Shown here: piece by piece, positions 41,244-56,677 of the stretch | Layout: the number at the start of each line of letters is the position of its first letter | Numbering within the stretch: position 1 is the first letter of the stretch | From: Eledone cirrhosa | Taxonomy: Eukaryota | Reading direction: 5' to 3' | Assembly: GCA_964016885.1 (NCBI GenBank) | Contig: CAXHJY010000993.1 | Span: 36,821-100,820 of the forward strand | Length of the DNA: 64,000 nucleotides | Program-made: the position numbers and the translations under genes | The notes under the pieces: generated by a model | Databases searched by the model: none | The model's input: the letters and a program-made list of their open reading frames with translations, nothing else | What the model was told of the DNA's origin: nothing

Positions 41244-41610
41244 GATTGTGGTGGTGGTTGTGTTGGTGGTTGTGGTGGTGGTGGTGGTTGTGGTTGTGGT
41301 GGTGGTTGTGGTTGTGGTGGTGGTTGTGGTTGTGGTGGTGGTTGTGGTGGTTGTGTTGTTGTTGTTGTTGGTGGTGGTGGTGATTGTGGTGGTGGTTGTG
41401 TTGGTGGTTGTGGTGGTGGTTGTGGTTGTGGTGGTGGTTGTGGTGGTGGTTGTGTTGGTGGTGGTGGTGGTGTTTGTGGTGGAGGTTGTGGTGGTGTTTG
41501 TGGTGGAGGTTGTGGTGGTTGTGGTTGTGGTGGAGGTTGTGGTGGTTGTGGTGGTGGTTGTGGTGGTTGTGGTTGTGGTGGTTGTGGTGGTGGTGGTGGA
41601 GGTGGTGGTT
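39995..41610. repeat. (GGT/TGT)n trinucleotide satellite
   Basis: Visible directly, with internal higher-order duplications. Confidence 0.95.
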
Positions 41611-41800
41611 AATATGGGTGGAAGATTAAAGGGATTGTGGCTTTCTTCTGTCAAAAATCTCATATCAAATGAATTGTTTATTCTTTGGAAGTGATATCCT
41701 TTTTTTTAGTCATTCACTGTGTATGGGTGTATAAATACACTCATACATACATACATACATATACATACATACATACGCATACATACATACATACATACAT

Positions 41801-41832
<32 letters not shown>

Positions 41833-41921
41833 ATACATATATATATATACATACATATACACACATACACACATATACATACATACATACATATATACAT
41901 TCATTCATTTATACATACACA

Positions 41922-41969
<48 letters not shown>

Positions 41970-42040
41970 TCATTCATACATACATACACATACATACATA
42001 TACATTCACATGTGCGTGTGTGTGTATATATATATACATG

Positions 42041-42078
<38 letters not shown>

Positions 42079-42083
<5 letters not shown>

Positions 42084-42271
42084 AAAATGTATGTCCCCGA
42101 CGGCAGAGCTCAAGCCATTTAGACGGCTATTTCAAGTCCAGAAATAGCCGTCGAAACGGGTTGAGTTCTGCCGTCGGGGACATACATTTTCCTATTACCC
42201 ACTCTAGTAACCTAAGTATTGAGTACTCTGGTGCGTTATGGTCCATCTGGTTCCTTACCACAACTCCTTCG

Positions 42272-42272
<1 letters not shown>
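42079..42272 (+). mobile_element. Fold-back element with hammerhead 3' half (family B)
   Basis: Arms 42079-42133 and 42141-42195; GAAA CGG...CCG TC; embedded in (TA)n. Confidence 0.85.
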
Positions 42273-42321
<49 letters not shown>

Positions 42322-42336
42322 CTATACATACATATA

Positions 42337-42390
<54 letters not shown>

Positions 42391-42395
42391 CATAA

Positions 42396-42442
<47 letters not shown>

Positions 42443-42461
42443 TTTTTTTATTTTAAATAAA

Positions 42462-42506
<45 letters not shown>

Positions 42507-42538
42507 TATATATATATATATAACTATACATACATATA

Positions 42539-42616
<78 letters not shown>

Positions 42617-42617
42617 A

Positions 42618-42660
<43 letters not shown>

Positions 42661-42678
42661 TAACTATACATACATATA

Positions 42679-42743
<65 letters not shown>

Positions 42744-42747
42744 ATAA

Positions 42748-42791
<44 letters not shown>

Positions 42792-42806
42792 CTATACATA
42801 CATATA

Positions 42807-42898
<92 letters not shown>

Positions 42899-42932
42899 TA
42901 TATATATATATATATAACTATACATACATATA

Positions 42933-43048
<116 letters not shown>

Positions 43049-43108
43049 GAATAATTTAAAAGGCCAGCCATTTTTTCTACTTGAAACGGATATTAAATTT
43101 GCGGGCGC

Positions 43109-43257
43109 ATATGTGTATGAGAGTGCTTCTGTGTGTTTGTATGCATATGTGTATGAGAGTGCTTCTGTGTGTTTGTATGCATATGTGTATGAGAGTGCTT
43201 CTGTGTGTTTGTATGCATATGTGTATGAGAGTGCTTCTGTGTGTTTGTATGCATATG
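43109..43257. repeat. 36-bp tandem repeat, 4 copies
   Basis: Unit ATGTGTATGAGAGTGCTTCTGTGTGTTTGTATGCAT. Confidence 0.95.
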
Positions 43258-43297
43258 CATTTATGTGTTTGTGAATGTCTGTAGGTGCCTAGGTATT

Positions 43298-43341
<44 letters not shown>

Positions 43342-43402
43342 GATTCGGCAATAAGAATGTGTATGTGTGTGTGTGAGAAAGAGAGAGAGGGAGAGAGAGA
43401 GC

Positions 43403-43433
<31 letters not shown>

Positions 43434-43506
43434 CGAGAGAGAGAGAGATAGAGAGATAGAGAGAGGATACGTGGGTGTGTGGTCGTGTGTGTGTATATAA
43501 GAACCT

Positions 43507-43557
<51 letters not shown>

Positions 43558-43568
43558 AGTATATATAT

Positions 43569-43600
<32 letters not shown>

Positions 43601-43701
43601 TATCTATATAAATATATAAATTGATAGGTATCATGATAAAAGAATAAAAATTGGATGTGCTTTAATAGTTAATTCGATTCCATTCTATAACTGTGTTAGC
43701 G

Positions 43702-43755
<54 letters not shown>

Positions 43756-43777
43756 TAGATAGATAGATATATAGATA

Positions 43778-43878
43778 TATTTCTTTATTAGCCACAGGGG
43801 CACAAAAGAAGGGGACAAATACAAAGGGGGAAGTTTACATACAATAAAAACGTGTAAAATGTTATCACAGATGGATAT

Positions 43879-43919
<41 letters not shown>

Positions 43920-44066
43920 CAGATAGATAGATAGACAGATAGATAGATAGATAGATAGATAGATATATTTCTTTATTAGCCACATGGGCACAAAAGAAGG
44001 GGACAAATACAAAGGGGGAAGTTTACATACAATAAAAACGTGTAAAATGTTATCACAGATGGATAT

Positions 44067-44107
<41 letters not shown>

Positions 44108-44250
44108 CAGATAGATAGATAGACAGATAGATAGATAGATAGATAGATATATTTCTTTATTAGCCACATGGGCACAAAAGAAGGGGACAAATACAAAGGG
44201 GGAAGTTTACATACAATAAAAACGTGTAAAATGTTATCACAGATGGATAT

Positions 44251-44291
<41 letters not shown>

Positions 44292-44708
44292 CAGATAGAT
44301 AGATAGACAGATAGATAGATAGATAGATAGATATATTTCTTTATTAGCCACATGGGCACAAAAGAAGGGGACAAATACAAAGGGGGAAGTTTACATACAA
44401 TAAAAACGTGTAAAATGTTATCACAGATGGAATTTAAAAGTTAGTCGATTTTCCCCAATAGAGGGAGACAGTTTATATGGGTAACACAGACCCCCGAAAA
44501 AAATGTGCAACCCTCATCTCCAGGAGTACGAAGAGCTTGTACTCCTTTCCTCTCCTCCTCCTTTTCCTCAACCTACAGGCTGATATAAAGAGAAGGCCCA
44601 TTCACTCGGGCCATTCTCGCCACTTTCACCCACCTTTCATAAAACTTGCTGGGGTACAGCACCTCTCTCTCCATCCTGATTCTTCTTCCAAAGTGGTATT
44701 TGAAAAAA
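43778..44708 (-). mobile_element. L1/Tx1-type 3' fragment in (GATA)n, plus three tandem copies of its terminal ~97 bp
   Basis: 44575-44705 encodes FKYHFGRRIRMEREVLYPSKFYE, like the C-terminus at 63.1-63.3 kb. Units lie at 43778-43874, 43966-44062, 44150-44246 and 44334-44430. Confidence 0.88.
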
Positions 44709-44814
44709 AAGATAGATAGATAGATAGATAGATCACATTTTATTTAAATATAGGAGTACTGAATAAATTTCATTTTAGTCTCAGCGTGCAGGTATTGATC
44801 TTAATATGTTCATT

Positions 44815-45445
<631 letters not shown>

Positions 45446-45578
45446 TGTGCATTTCGGAGTTATCTGTATATCTATTAGATTAAACGCCTGTCCATCTATT
45501 TATCTTTCTATATTTCTCTAACTGCTTCCCTTTCTACGAATTTCTTCCTCTCCCTCTTTCTTAATCTCTTACTCTCTA

Positions 45579-45634
<56 letters not shown>

Positions 45635-46023
45635 ATGTATGTGCCACTGGCTAGCTTCTACTTTCTCTCTTTGTATGTAGTTATGTCTGATTCGGTTTCT
45701 GTGTATCCTAGAATGGATATCGACAACGAAAATTTTTGTCAGGAAGACAAAAATAGTTTCTCCATTTCACAATGAATATCTGCTACGCAACACCAACGGC
45801 AATTCTAGTAATTTCTACTTCGATGCTCAGATCAACAATTTTTGAGAGGATATTTTTTATTCATTTATTTCTCTCTGTTTTTCTTCAGTAAACTACCATC
45901 CAAGATGGAGTTATTTCATTTTAGTCTATTAAAAACTATCTTAGTGGTGAAGGACATCCTTTAGTTATACCTTTCTAAGCCTTGGTTTCAAATCCCACCG
46001 GGATCATAGGCAATAAATTAGAT

Positions 46024-46301
46024 TAGCGTTTGTCAACCGGTGTTCCCCGGAACTCTAGGGTTTCGCAAGAGGTCGCTAGGGGTTCCATGATAAACAGTAA
46101 TAAATAAGCTATCTTTGATCAATAAACCAGTTATCCGAAAAAAAACCTAAAACATATCATGTTTACCGCGTGAACTACGATAAAGATATAAAAAAAGCTA
46201 GATATTAATAATAGTATATAATCATTTTTATGTAGGGTGTTCCCTGAGTCATGGAAACTATTTCAAGGGTTCCACAACGATAAAAAGGTTGAGAAACGCT
46301 G
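46024..46301. mobile_element. hAT (Charlie-like) MITE
   Basis: TIRs TAGCGTTTGTCAACC / GGTTGAGAAACGCTG; imperfect 8-bp flanks AATTAGAT / CATTAGTT. Confidence 0.8.
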
Positions 46302-46364
46302 CATTAGTTACTAGTCAAACAGATACTGATTTCGATTCAGTGCACCCCACGATTTCCGCGTGTA

Positions 46365-46439
<75 letters not shown>

Positions 46440-46675
46440 GACCTGAACCTCTGTCAGTTCCAATGATGAGTATTCACAACCTTTTCAGCAAATTAATGTG
46501 CAAGTGGCTCAGTAAGCAGATACACTCAGCCGAGTGAAGAGGAGTCACGTGAAATAAATTGCTTTCCTTAAGGAAATAGCACGTTGCCATCAGCTGAACA
46601 TCCGAACCACGAAGACACGCTCCTTTACAAGATCTTTCATACAAGATTGTAATCTTGTGTAGATGTAAATAATTA

Positions 46676-46768
46676 ATTGTCTCTACTCTAGTCACAAGGC
46701 CAGCAACTACCCAGTGCATTACTGGTACTTTATTTTATCGACCCCGTAAGGATGAAAGGCAAAGTCAA
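46676..46768 (-). mobile_element. SINE 3' fragment
   Basis: Family core present. Confidence 0.8.
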
Positions 46769-46810
46769 AAAATAATGAATAATACCTAACGAGTATCTCA
46801 CCACTATTAA

Positions 46811-47028
46811 CCCATTAGCATTTGCATTACTTTATATTTACTATTGTATTTTCGCGGTAACGGCTTTATCTCACATAATTAGCTTACATAATGTCGAATC
46901 TATGAGATTTTGATGCTATTTATTTTGAGAACAATATCTTAACGTCGGTATGAGTGGCTAGTTATGGTTGGTTTAAACAGAAAGGTGAGAGAATTCTGGT
47001 TGGATATGGCAATATAAATGCTAATGGG
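46811..47028. mobile_element. piggyBac-type MITE
   Basis: TTAA|CCCATTAGCATTT ... AAATGCTAATGGG|TTAA. Confidence 0.9.
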
Positions 47029-47045
47029 TTAAATATGAACAGTCT

Positions 47046-47225
47046 GGTGGATAGGCAGAATTGGTAGAGCGTCGGACAAAATGCCATTACGATATTTGTT
47101 TTAGCCCTTTACGTTCTGAGTTCAAATCCCACCGAGGTCAACTTTGTCTTTCATCCTTCCAGAGTCGATAAAATAAAGTATCTATCAAGTTCTCAGATCC
47201 ATTTCCTGCCTTGTGCTTAAATCAT
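47046..47225 (+). mobile_element. tRNA-derived SINE
   Basis: A- and B-box-like motifs plus the family core. Confidence 0.85.
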
Positions 47226-48589
47226 AAACCATGATTAAATATAAGTAAATTGATGCAGAAATAAGTGTGTGGTTACGAAGTTTACTTCTCAACTGTGTAG
47301 TTGCTGGTTCAACCCCAGTGTGTATTATCACAACATTAAGTCGACCAAAGTCATGTGAGTGAATGAAGGTAGGCATGGCTGCGGATTTAAGAATTACAAA
47401 CATGTTTCAAGTTCGATTCTACCAATGTCCATTCTACCGTAGTCTCGGGTCGACGAAATCTTTTTGAATGAACTTTGGTTGGTGGACGCTGTATGAAAGC
47501 TCATACACTGTAGACTTACGTAATCCATTTCTGGGTTTAATAGTACTGCTTTGAACTCGAGTGCCTTTACTAGAGTCCACATTGTTGCTGGAATTCGGGC
47601 CATGTCTCTAGTCTGAGGATAAATTATTCTCTCCCACTCACTGGTCATAGGGCCCTGGAAAAGATCTAATGCACTGACCTTCCTCTTAAGAAACGAAACA
47701 AAAAAAAAAAGAATATTTTGTTTATTTTTCTATGATTTATCTTCAGATGGAATGCATTCTTATATTTTCTCCAGTTACTGAAATACATACATACCTACAT
47801 ATTCCGTACTCCCCCTCATCATCATCATCATCGTCGTCGTCGTCGTCATCGTCATCGTCATCCGCCCGCTTTCCATTTTAGCATGGATTGGCCGGGTCAT
47901 CACAGCCCGAGATTAGAAAGGCCGGAGAACCACGTCTTCATTATATCTTCCATATTTTTGCATAGTTTCTACGACTGGATGTTCTTCCTAATGCCAATCA
48001 CTTTCCAGCGTGCACTGGGTGCATTTTATCGGGGCACCAGTGCTACCACTTTACAGAATGTACTGAATGCATTTTATCAAGGTACGAACACTCCTACTTT
48101 ACAGAATGTATTGCGTGCATGTTATTGTGGCAACAGCACTACTACTTTACAAAGTGTACTGGGTTTATTTTATCATGGCCCCAGTAATAGAGAAGTGGTC
48201 ATGTACTCGACAACAATGAAGATTCATCTGTAACCTATACTTTTTCCATTCTGTGCCAGCCACCGAGTGAAATAGGTGCATTTTATCCTGTCGCCAACAT
48301 TAGAGACGTTTTTGACAGGGCTAAAGGGTTTCTCTACCCTTTGTTGTTTCAATCCGTTTATCACCACTTTACAGGGGCTACTGAGTGTGTTCCATCGTGA
48401 TAATAATAAAGTGGTTGGTTCGTCCATTGTGAATAAAAGGGACCTCTCCACTACAGGTTTGCTCTGATATTTCACCATATTGTACAGAGAAATAAAAGTG
48501 CTCAATATGCTTTTGTGTTAGAAGTGTGAAATTTGATTTATGTTAATTCGTATGTAACAAGATTTCAATATAATCCCAATCATATTTTA

Positions 48590-49140
48590 ATTTGATCGAC
48601 CTTTTGATAACCTTATACAAAATGATTGAGAAGAAATTGCTATTAACAGTATAAATTACGCCCGCTACCATTTCAAATATCACCATGGAAAGATTTGCTA
48701 GAGCTGAAATCAGTGAACAAATAGATTCCTTTATTGTTCAATTATATTGAATACTTATTAATGGCAGTAGTGACAAGAGCATATAGTGATAAGGGCATAT
48801 CATTTCGAATAGCACGGAGTGGCGTACAGCTGACGATTTCATGAATACATAATTACAGGTTTAAACGAATTTGACCTGAGGGTGGCAGTCGAAACGGTAA
48901 ACTTCCTGGACGTCATATGTAAACTAAACACGAAATCATATTGGCCTTTTAAAAATATAATGACATCCTATCTTACATCCATATGCAATCTAACCACCTA
49001 TGAAGTATCATCAAACATAAACATCTGCAAGAAGTTAAGTGCGTTGTCCTTCGATGAAGTTACGTTCATTATTCTCGCAGAATATTACAAGGTATCAAGA
49101 AAAAAATAGGTACTTAGGTAAAGGTGACCTCAATAGTCTA
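48590..49140 (+). mobile_element. Decayed Penelope-like RT fragment
   Basis: ITMERFARAEISEQID resembles VTMGSFDGAEICELVG; VETVNFLDVICKLNTKSYWPFK. Confidence 0.7.
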
Positions 49141-49178
49141 AGAATGTGAAGCAGGCATTCACACAGACACACGCACAC

Positions 49179-49791
<613 letters not shown>

Positions 49792-50129
49792 ATATATATA
49801 TATAATAATAAACAAGAAAGGCAGTTTCATTTGTACATCCCTATTTATTTTGTTATACATATTTCAAAAACGTAAGGCAGTTCTATAACAACTGCCCTAC
49901 GTGTTCTCTTCAGACAAAAATCCAAACGAGATGTAAAGTTCCATTGAAATGTTACAAGTCATACGTGTTATTCGCTTCGCCAACCAGTAAGCATATGTCC
50001 GAAATTCTCAAGTAGCATGCAAGTAGTTGAAATTATTGCATGCAAGATTTTTCAAAGCTCTAGCATCACTCGTTCATAGTTAGCCTATGAACTTTTCAGC
50101 CCCACCTCGTATACAGACATGCATATATA

Positions 50130-50645
50130 TACATACATGGTGGCTGCAAACTCTGCTAAGAGTATTGCAATCGGTTGTCAGATTACAGAAAATGGTGCAC
50201 CTTTAGGCTACGCCTAGCCACACATATCCTGAACAAGCAATGCCTGTGCTTTGAAGGTTTTTTAAGTGGGGAAAGGTCTTTCACTCGATCAATCCCACTC
50301 TCTGAGCATCGAAAACACTACCCGAAAAGGAGAACTGGTCAACATCATTGGATGCTTCCGAAGCCGCAGGTTTTTTTTCTAGAGTTTCCCTCTCTTAGAA
50401 AGCTGTTGTGGCAAAAACTGGTGGGCTTTCACTCCCAGGTGAAAAAAAAAGTACTATTTGGATGGCTGTTAACTCTTTTGAGTTCCTCCGCCTATTGACG
50501 GGTCTTGTATTTCATCCCGCAGGGTGTCCAAATATCACCCTCCTAACCAAGCAAGCTTAGTGGGGTTGCCAGTTTAGTCGCCGACGACCCGACCCTGAGA
50601 CAGGTTGTACTGGGTTACATGTTACCAGTAGCACTCGAGAGCAAC
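50130..50645 (-). mobile_element. Apparently full-length ~510-bp RTE-derived SINE-like element flanked by (CATA)n
   Basis: Same head and GCAGCCACCATGTATGT tail as the 23.4-25.9 kb cluster. Confidence 0.7.
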
Positions 50646-51997
50646 ATACATACAATCATACATACAAACATACATACATATTTACATACTTACTTACTTT
50701 CATACATACATACATTCATACATACAGACATACATACATACATATTTACATACTTACTTACTTTCATACATACATTCATACATACATACACGTGTGTGTG
50801 TGTGTGTGTGTTTCTAGCCAGATATATACCAGATATCTTTGAAATTGATAGGAACATGAAAGCTGGGAAGTTAATAACTCAGATATTTCGTTTTACTCCA
50901 CATAAGAAAGTATCTCTCGCTTTCTTTTATTAACAGATGCAAAATTATGTCTAATATAAATTATCAGTAACACAGCAACACGATATCAACACAGGAACAC
51001 GATATCAACACAGGAACACGATATCAATTGTTGTAATGTAAACGTACATTTAACAGATGCCGTCAAAAATCAATTGCCACAAAACCAAAAAAATACGTAC
51101 AGGAATAAGTGAAAAGAAGGACTTGGGTCGGTATGATTGGACTAAACCATCGAAATCGGTGCTCCAGCATGACAGCAGTTTAATGGCTGAAATCAATAAA
51201 AAAATACGCGAATAGTGACTTAGGCACTCCGTCGGTTACGACGACGAATGTTCCAGTTGATTCGATCAACGGAAAAGCATGCTCGTGAAATTATCATGCT
51301 CTACAGAGTTCTGATCTCTGTTAAATTTAATAACTGAACTCAGAAACGTTATTCTTTCATAATAACTATAATATCACCATTTTAGTTGATCATTATCTTA
51401 CGTTTTTCCCTATATAATTTCTAAATTAGAAATCATTATTAGATACTGACGACTGCCACCCTATTCGGACCTTAATATGTCGTCTGCTCGTCGTCCTATC
51501 CGATAGGATGGAGAAGACATAGCCCCGGAGGACGGCGTGGGAAACACTCCACCTTTAGAGGCTCGCACCTGCAGACAGTCAACTCCGCTCCGATAGTAGT
51601 AAGCAGGGATGTGGCCCGGGGGCCAAGAAAGCCAAAAGTCTCCATTTCTAAATTCTCAGTTATCCTGTAATCATTCTAAGTTCATCTAACTTACTTCTAT
51701 TTATTATAAACGAAATTAAATGCTGTAAGTTATGAAATCTCTTTTTCTTCGTCTATATATATTATCGTGAACCAAGAATGCAGCCCGACATCGGGCTGCT
51801 ATTTCTAGCACGTCTTAAGTCATCATTAAAGTAATTACCTGACGTGAATCAACTACAGACTAAGAATTAACAAGAAACACAACAATATTTTCTATTCGTT
51901 AAGGTGATCAACCACAACGCCTATATCTGCATTAAACCGGTAACATTAGAATTTGCATAAAGTATGCATGTATTATTGTACACACACACATGTATGT

Positions 51998-52033
<36 letters not shown>

Positions 52034-52269
52034 GTGTGTGTGTATATATATACATGTGTGTGTGTGCGCGCGTGTAGAATAGCTTAGAATTATTGACATT
52101 TATCTGTTCAGACTTATTATGTCTTGAGCCAAGAAAAATTTCTACGTTCGTATGTAAGAAATAATATGAATATAGAGAAAAAAACTAACTCAGTATCTTT
52201 CACTCTTTCACATTCACACCCACCACTCTCTCTGTAATATATATATATATATAGAGAGAGAGAGAGGGG

Positions 52270-52347
<78 letters not shown>

Positions 52348-54119
52348 TTTATCGACTTTTCCAAGCGAATATTCTGCAAATGATTGCCTGCTGGCGAATA
52401 TTAGAATATTACGATGTTCCAGTCAGTGAGTTCTTATTGAGTTGGGTCGAGCATTGTTGTCTCCAGTCGAGTTTTAAAAAGGTCTTCAGTCTTATTCATG
52501 TCTAGCGTTCCGTAAAGCCGTTACCGAAGACTTCGCTGACGACTGAACTTAACAATTGAATGGATCAGACGACCAACTTGTTTAATATGTCATCGATTTC
52601 AGCGCGTATGCACGCATACACATAAATACACACATAAACACACACACAAAGACATACACACAAATACACATTCACAAAGAAATGAAAGAACGCTCCAAAT
52701 TTAATTATTTTTATTTCACTAGATTGATGTTCGTGTTTTTGTTGTTGCCGTTATTGTTAGAGCTTGTTATGTTGTTTTGTTTCCCTCGATGATTTATATT
52801 GATGAGTGGATATCTTCCAAACTTTGTCCAACGATATTTGAATTCTTCTTTAATTCTGTATTATCATTTGCTTCATTTCGAAAATTTTTAAGTTTTTTCC
52901 CCTTTCTTTTCTTTTTTCACTCTGTTTTGTTTTTCTTTTATTTTTTGTTTTCTCTCAACTCTTTTCTAATATTTTCGTTTTTATTTTTCCTCTCGCTTTT
53001 CACTATATTTATACAATCATTTCTTTTCATTATTTTCTTATTTATTTATTCATTTTCTCTTTATTTTTTTTCACGCCAATGCTTTCTTTTACAACGCACC
53101 AATTTATAAAAAAATAAAATCTTTATTGTAGCAAGGCGTCATAGTGTAAATTAACCTCTTAACAAAAAAGGCCAATCTGCTAGCTGGTTTGGATTCACTG
53201 CTGAGAGCAGTTTACTTTCTCTTTCCCATTTCCGTTATGGCTTCCGGAGAAAAGAATGAAGAATGAATTAATGAATGGATATTTCGCCTCCTTTAACATA
53301 TGGGGAGCTATATGTATCAGCTTTTAGCATGTCCAGGCTTCGATGCTGTTTTCAAATGAAAGATTTTACACATTATTTATATCGTTAATGAATACCATAA
53401 TACCTTTGGGAACGCCATATTTCATTAAAGTCCTTCTCGTAAGATTTAAGCAGGATCTAGGAGCTTCGCGAATAGGAAACATCTTAACATCTTAAGATTG
53501 AATTATGAAGTTTATTTTGTGTTTGTTTTTCAAGTATGCCCCTCAATTTTCTGCTAAAATTAAGATAGCGGACAAAAAGTTTGCGTCCGTTAAACGGAAT
53601 GGTGGGCTGTCTATAGAGTGGAACAGCGAAAAGTCTCAAAACAATGACAGCAACAACAACAACAGAAAACCAACCAAATCTTATCTCGTGCAGCAGCCGT
53701 AAATGAAATAGACTTTTCACCTATGCCAATGTCAACCACTGTAAACACTGGTGCCTCCACCACAACGACAGTAAGCAGAGCCAACACCACTAATACCATC
53801 ACCACTGCAACAACTGAAACAAAAATAACACTAACACAGACGACAGCAACAACACATCAATAACAATAACAACAACATCAACAACAACAACAGATGCCAA
53901 AATTACCAAACTATTTTACATAAACATCACTGAAAAGGACACATGTTTGATTCAAGCATCCAAACTGATAAAATTAGAAAGCCCTGGGCTTAACCATTCC
54001 CCCCGCGAGGTGTTGGCAGAAACACAGAAAACGACAGTTACGTACAAATGCGTATCTATTGAGACGAAATGGCCGGAGTCAACACATTAAGCCGAGGTAG
54101 AAAGAGCACTGTAAGAAAT

Positions 54120-54272
54120 AATTGTTTCTACTTTTGGCACAAGGCCAGCAAATACCCCAGTGCATTACTGGTACTTTTTTTATCAACCCCGAAAGGATGA
54201 AAGGCAAAGCTAACCTCGGCTGGATTTGAACTCAGAACATAAAAGGCCATAACTCTATGCTGCAAAGCATGG
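54120..54272 (-). mobile_element. tRNA-derived SINE
   Basis: Family core present. Confidence 0.85.
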
Positions 54273-54699
54273 ACTGAAAGAAATAATATCCGACGTACAA
54301 CAATTCACTAGATCAAAGCTGTTTGCAGGATCTGGCCGGGAAACATTCTGTGGTTACCTGTAAGACCGAAAAGTATATCTCGTAACCCTCTTATATCGGA
54401 AGAAGGACGATGAGGGCGGAAATTTCCGGGATCCAACTAGGTGGATATTGGCCTGCATCGTCCTAGAGGGAAGTAACACGCTCCTGGAGGAGGAACGAAC
54501 ACGAAGAGAGAACTGATCTGGGATTAGTGTGGAGGCACTGCTCCTTATCAAACCGGACGACATCCACAAGATCCCAGACCTCATTCACCTTCCAAGAGGA
54601 GTGGAACATCGTATGCGAGCCAGCCGTCCTATTCCAGAAGAATCGCTCACGTGGTCGGATCTCAAAGAAGAAAGAGACTGGAGAAGGTAACTCGAAACT

Positions 54700-55640
54700 G
54701 ATAATCAAAGGAAATGGTTAATTGAATTCTTGTTATTCTTGTGACGATAGACACTTTAGACAAGAGTGTAAATTTCGTAACGCTATTTGCAGAAAATGCC
54801 ATAACTCAGGACACATAGATCGAGTTTGTGATGACCGTGTTTTAGTCACATCAGCAATCACAGGCTCAAGACATATTGTGTTGATGTTCAAATCAAGTGC
54901 AAAAAGAACTCATGATTTCATCAATGACTTGAGTAACGTAGAATCATTGATAAGCCTGAATTCCATGAAAAAGTTTTATCCTCAAGTTGAAATACGTTCA
55001 ACTGCTGCCAAGATTTTTGGTGTGACTGGGCACAAGGTAGAGCTGGTAGGACAGACTAGCATTCCAGACTCAATTCTTAGCCTTGACTCCATGAAAGCTT
55101 TTAATATTTCTTTAATATTTTCTATTCAATACATTTCTGACATTCAAGAGCTGATAGATCATTGTTCAAAATCCAACGGTGGCATGAGAAACTATATTTA
55201 TGAAAAGGTACGTGATCTCAAATAATTTGAGAGACATGGCTAAACATGAATTATACAAGATGGTTGAGCGAGGCATTCTAAACCCTGTAAATACATGTCA
55301 ATGGGTAACACCGATTGTGACACCAACGAAGTGTCACCGTGAATAAGGTTTTACAGAATTACAGGTGTACAACAGAGGAGCCGGAAGACATATTAAACAA
55401 AATTAATTTTTCCACAATAATCTCGACGATAGTCTTGAAGAATGTATTCCTGCAGTTGTCGTTGAACGAGGAAACAAGCCAGCTGACAACTATAAATACA
55501 CCTTTTGGGTTATTTCAGTTCAATCTCTTAACGTTCGGATTATCAGCATCACCAACAATATTTCAAAAGACAATCACTGATATCACAAATGACATCCCAG
55601 GTGTCGTTTCTTACCAGTATGATGTAATCTTAAAACACCT
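54700..55640 (+). mobile_element. Gypsy gag-knuckle/protease/RT remnant
   Basis: CYSCDDRHFRQECKFRNAICRKCHNSGHIDRVC, WVTPIV, TINTPFGLFQFNLLTFGLSASPTIFQ, and a decayed YxDD (YQYD). Confidence 0.85.
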
Positions 55641-55699
55641 GCATGTATAACAAAAGACACAGCCACATAACACCCCCCCACCTCATTTATGGTTATGCT

Positions 55700-56078
<379 letters not shown>

Positions 56079-56642
56079 TAAAGTTATATTTAAAATTGTT
56101 GGGTTACAACTAGTAAATATTTATAACTGATATAAAAGCACTCGACAAATACTTGGAGTATATTTACAATATTAAATAAATGGAAAACTATATTTATAAA
56201 ACCATATTTATTTCATTATATATATTTCGGGGATATCATATTAACAATATGCTATGCCTTCATCAGACAAAATACAATATAAACAGTTTTATAGATAAAT
56301 ATATTCGACATACCGTAATAAACATCAACTTCATTTGAAGAGGTTCACTCTAGCAGTGAAAATACAGAGAGAAAGAAAGAGAGAGAGAAAATAGGGAAAT
56401 AAGAAAGAAAGAAAGACAAAACGAAGAAAAGGAAGAAAAAGAAGAAAAAAAAGAAGAAATGCATGGGACAAAATAGAGAGATGGAAAAATAGATAAAGCG
56501 AAGAGCTTCATGTAAAGAGACCGAAAGAGATATATATATATATATAGAGAGAGAGGAAATAGAGATAGATACATATATAAATATAGATATAGAAAAATTA
56601 GGTAGTGGGAGGTCATTTTGAGTAAGTGTATCAATGATGCAT

Positions 56643-56677
<35 letters not shown>

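Noticed and set aside
39999-41694. Gly/Cys-, Val- or Thr-rich long ORFs
   Set aside because: These are translations of (GGT/TGT)n.
43778-44430. CRISPR-like array
   Set aside because: The repeats are a LINE 3' UTR and the spacers are (GATA)n.
50520-50640. HDV-like ribozyme in the RTE-derived head (GGCGACT motif)
   Set aside because: I could not build the nested double pseudoknot by eye; a descriptor search is needed.
52430-52570. Additional hammerheads (CTGAAGA on -, CTGACGA on +)
   Set aside because: There is no properly placed GAAA or helices.
53480-53950. Host exon (Thr/Gln-rich)
   Set aside because: Frames are interrupted by stops, the sequence is low complexity, and I recognise no domain.
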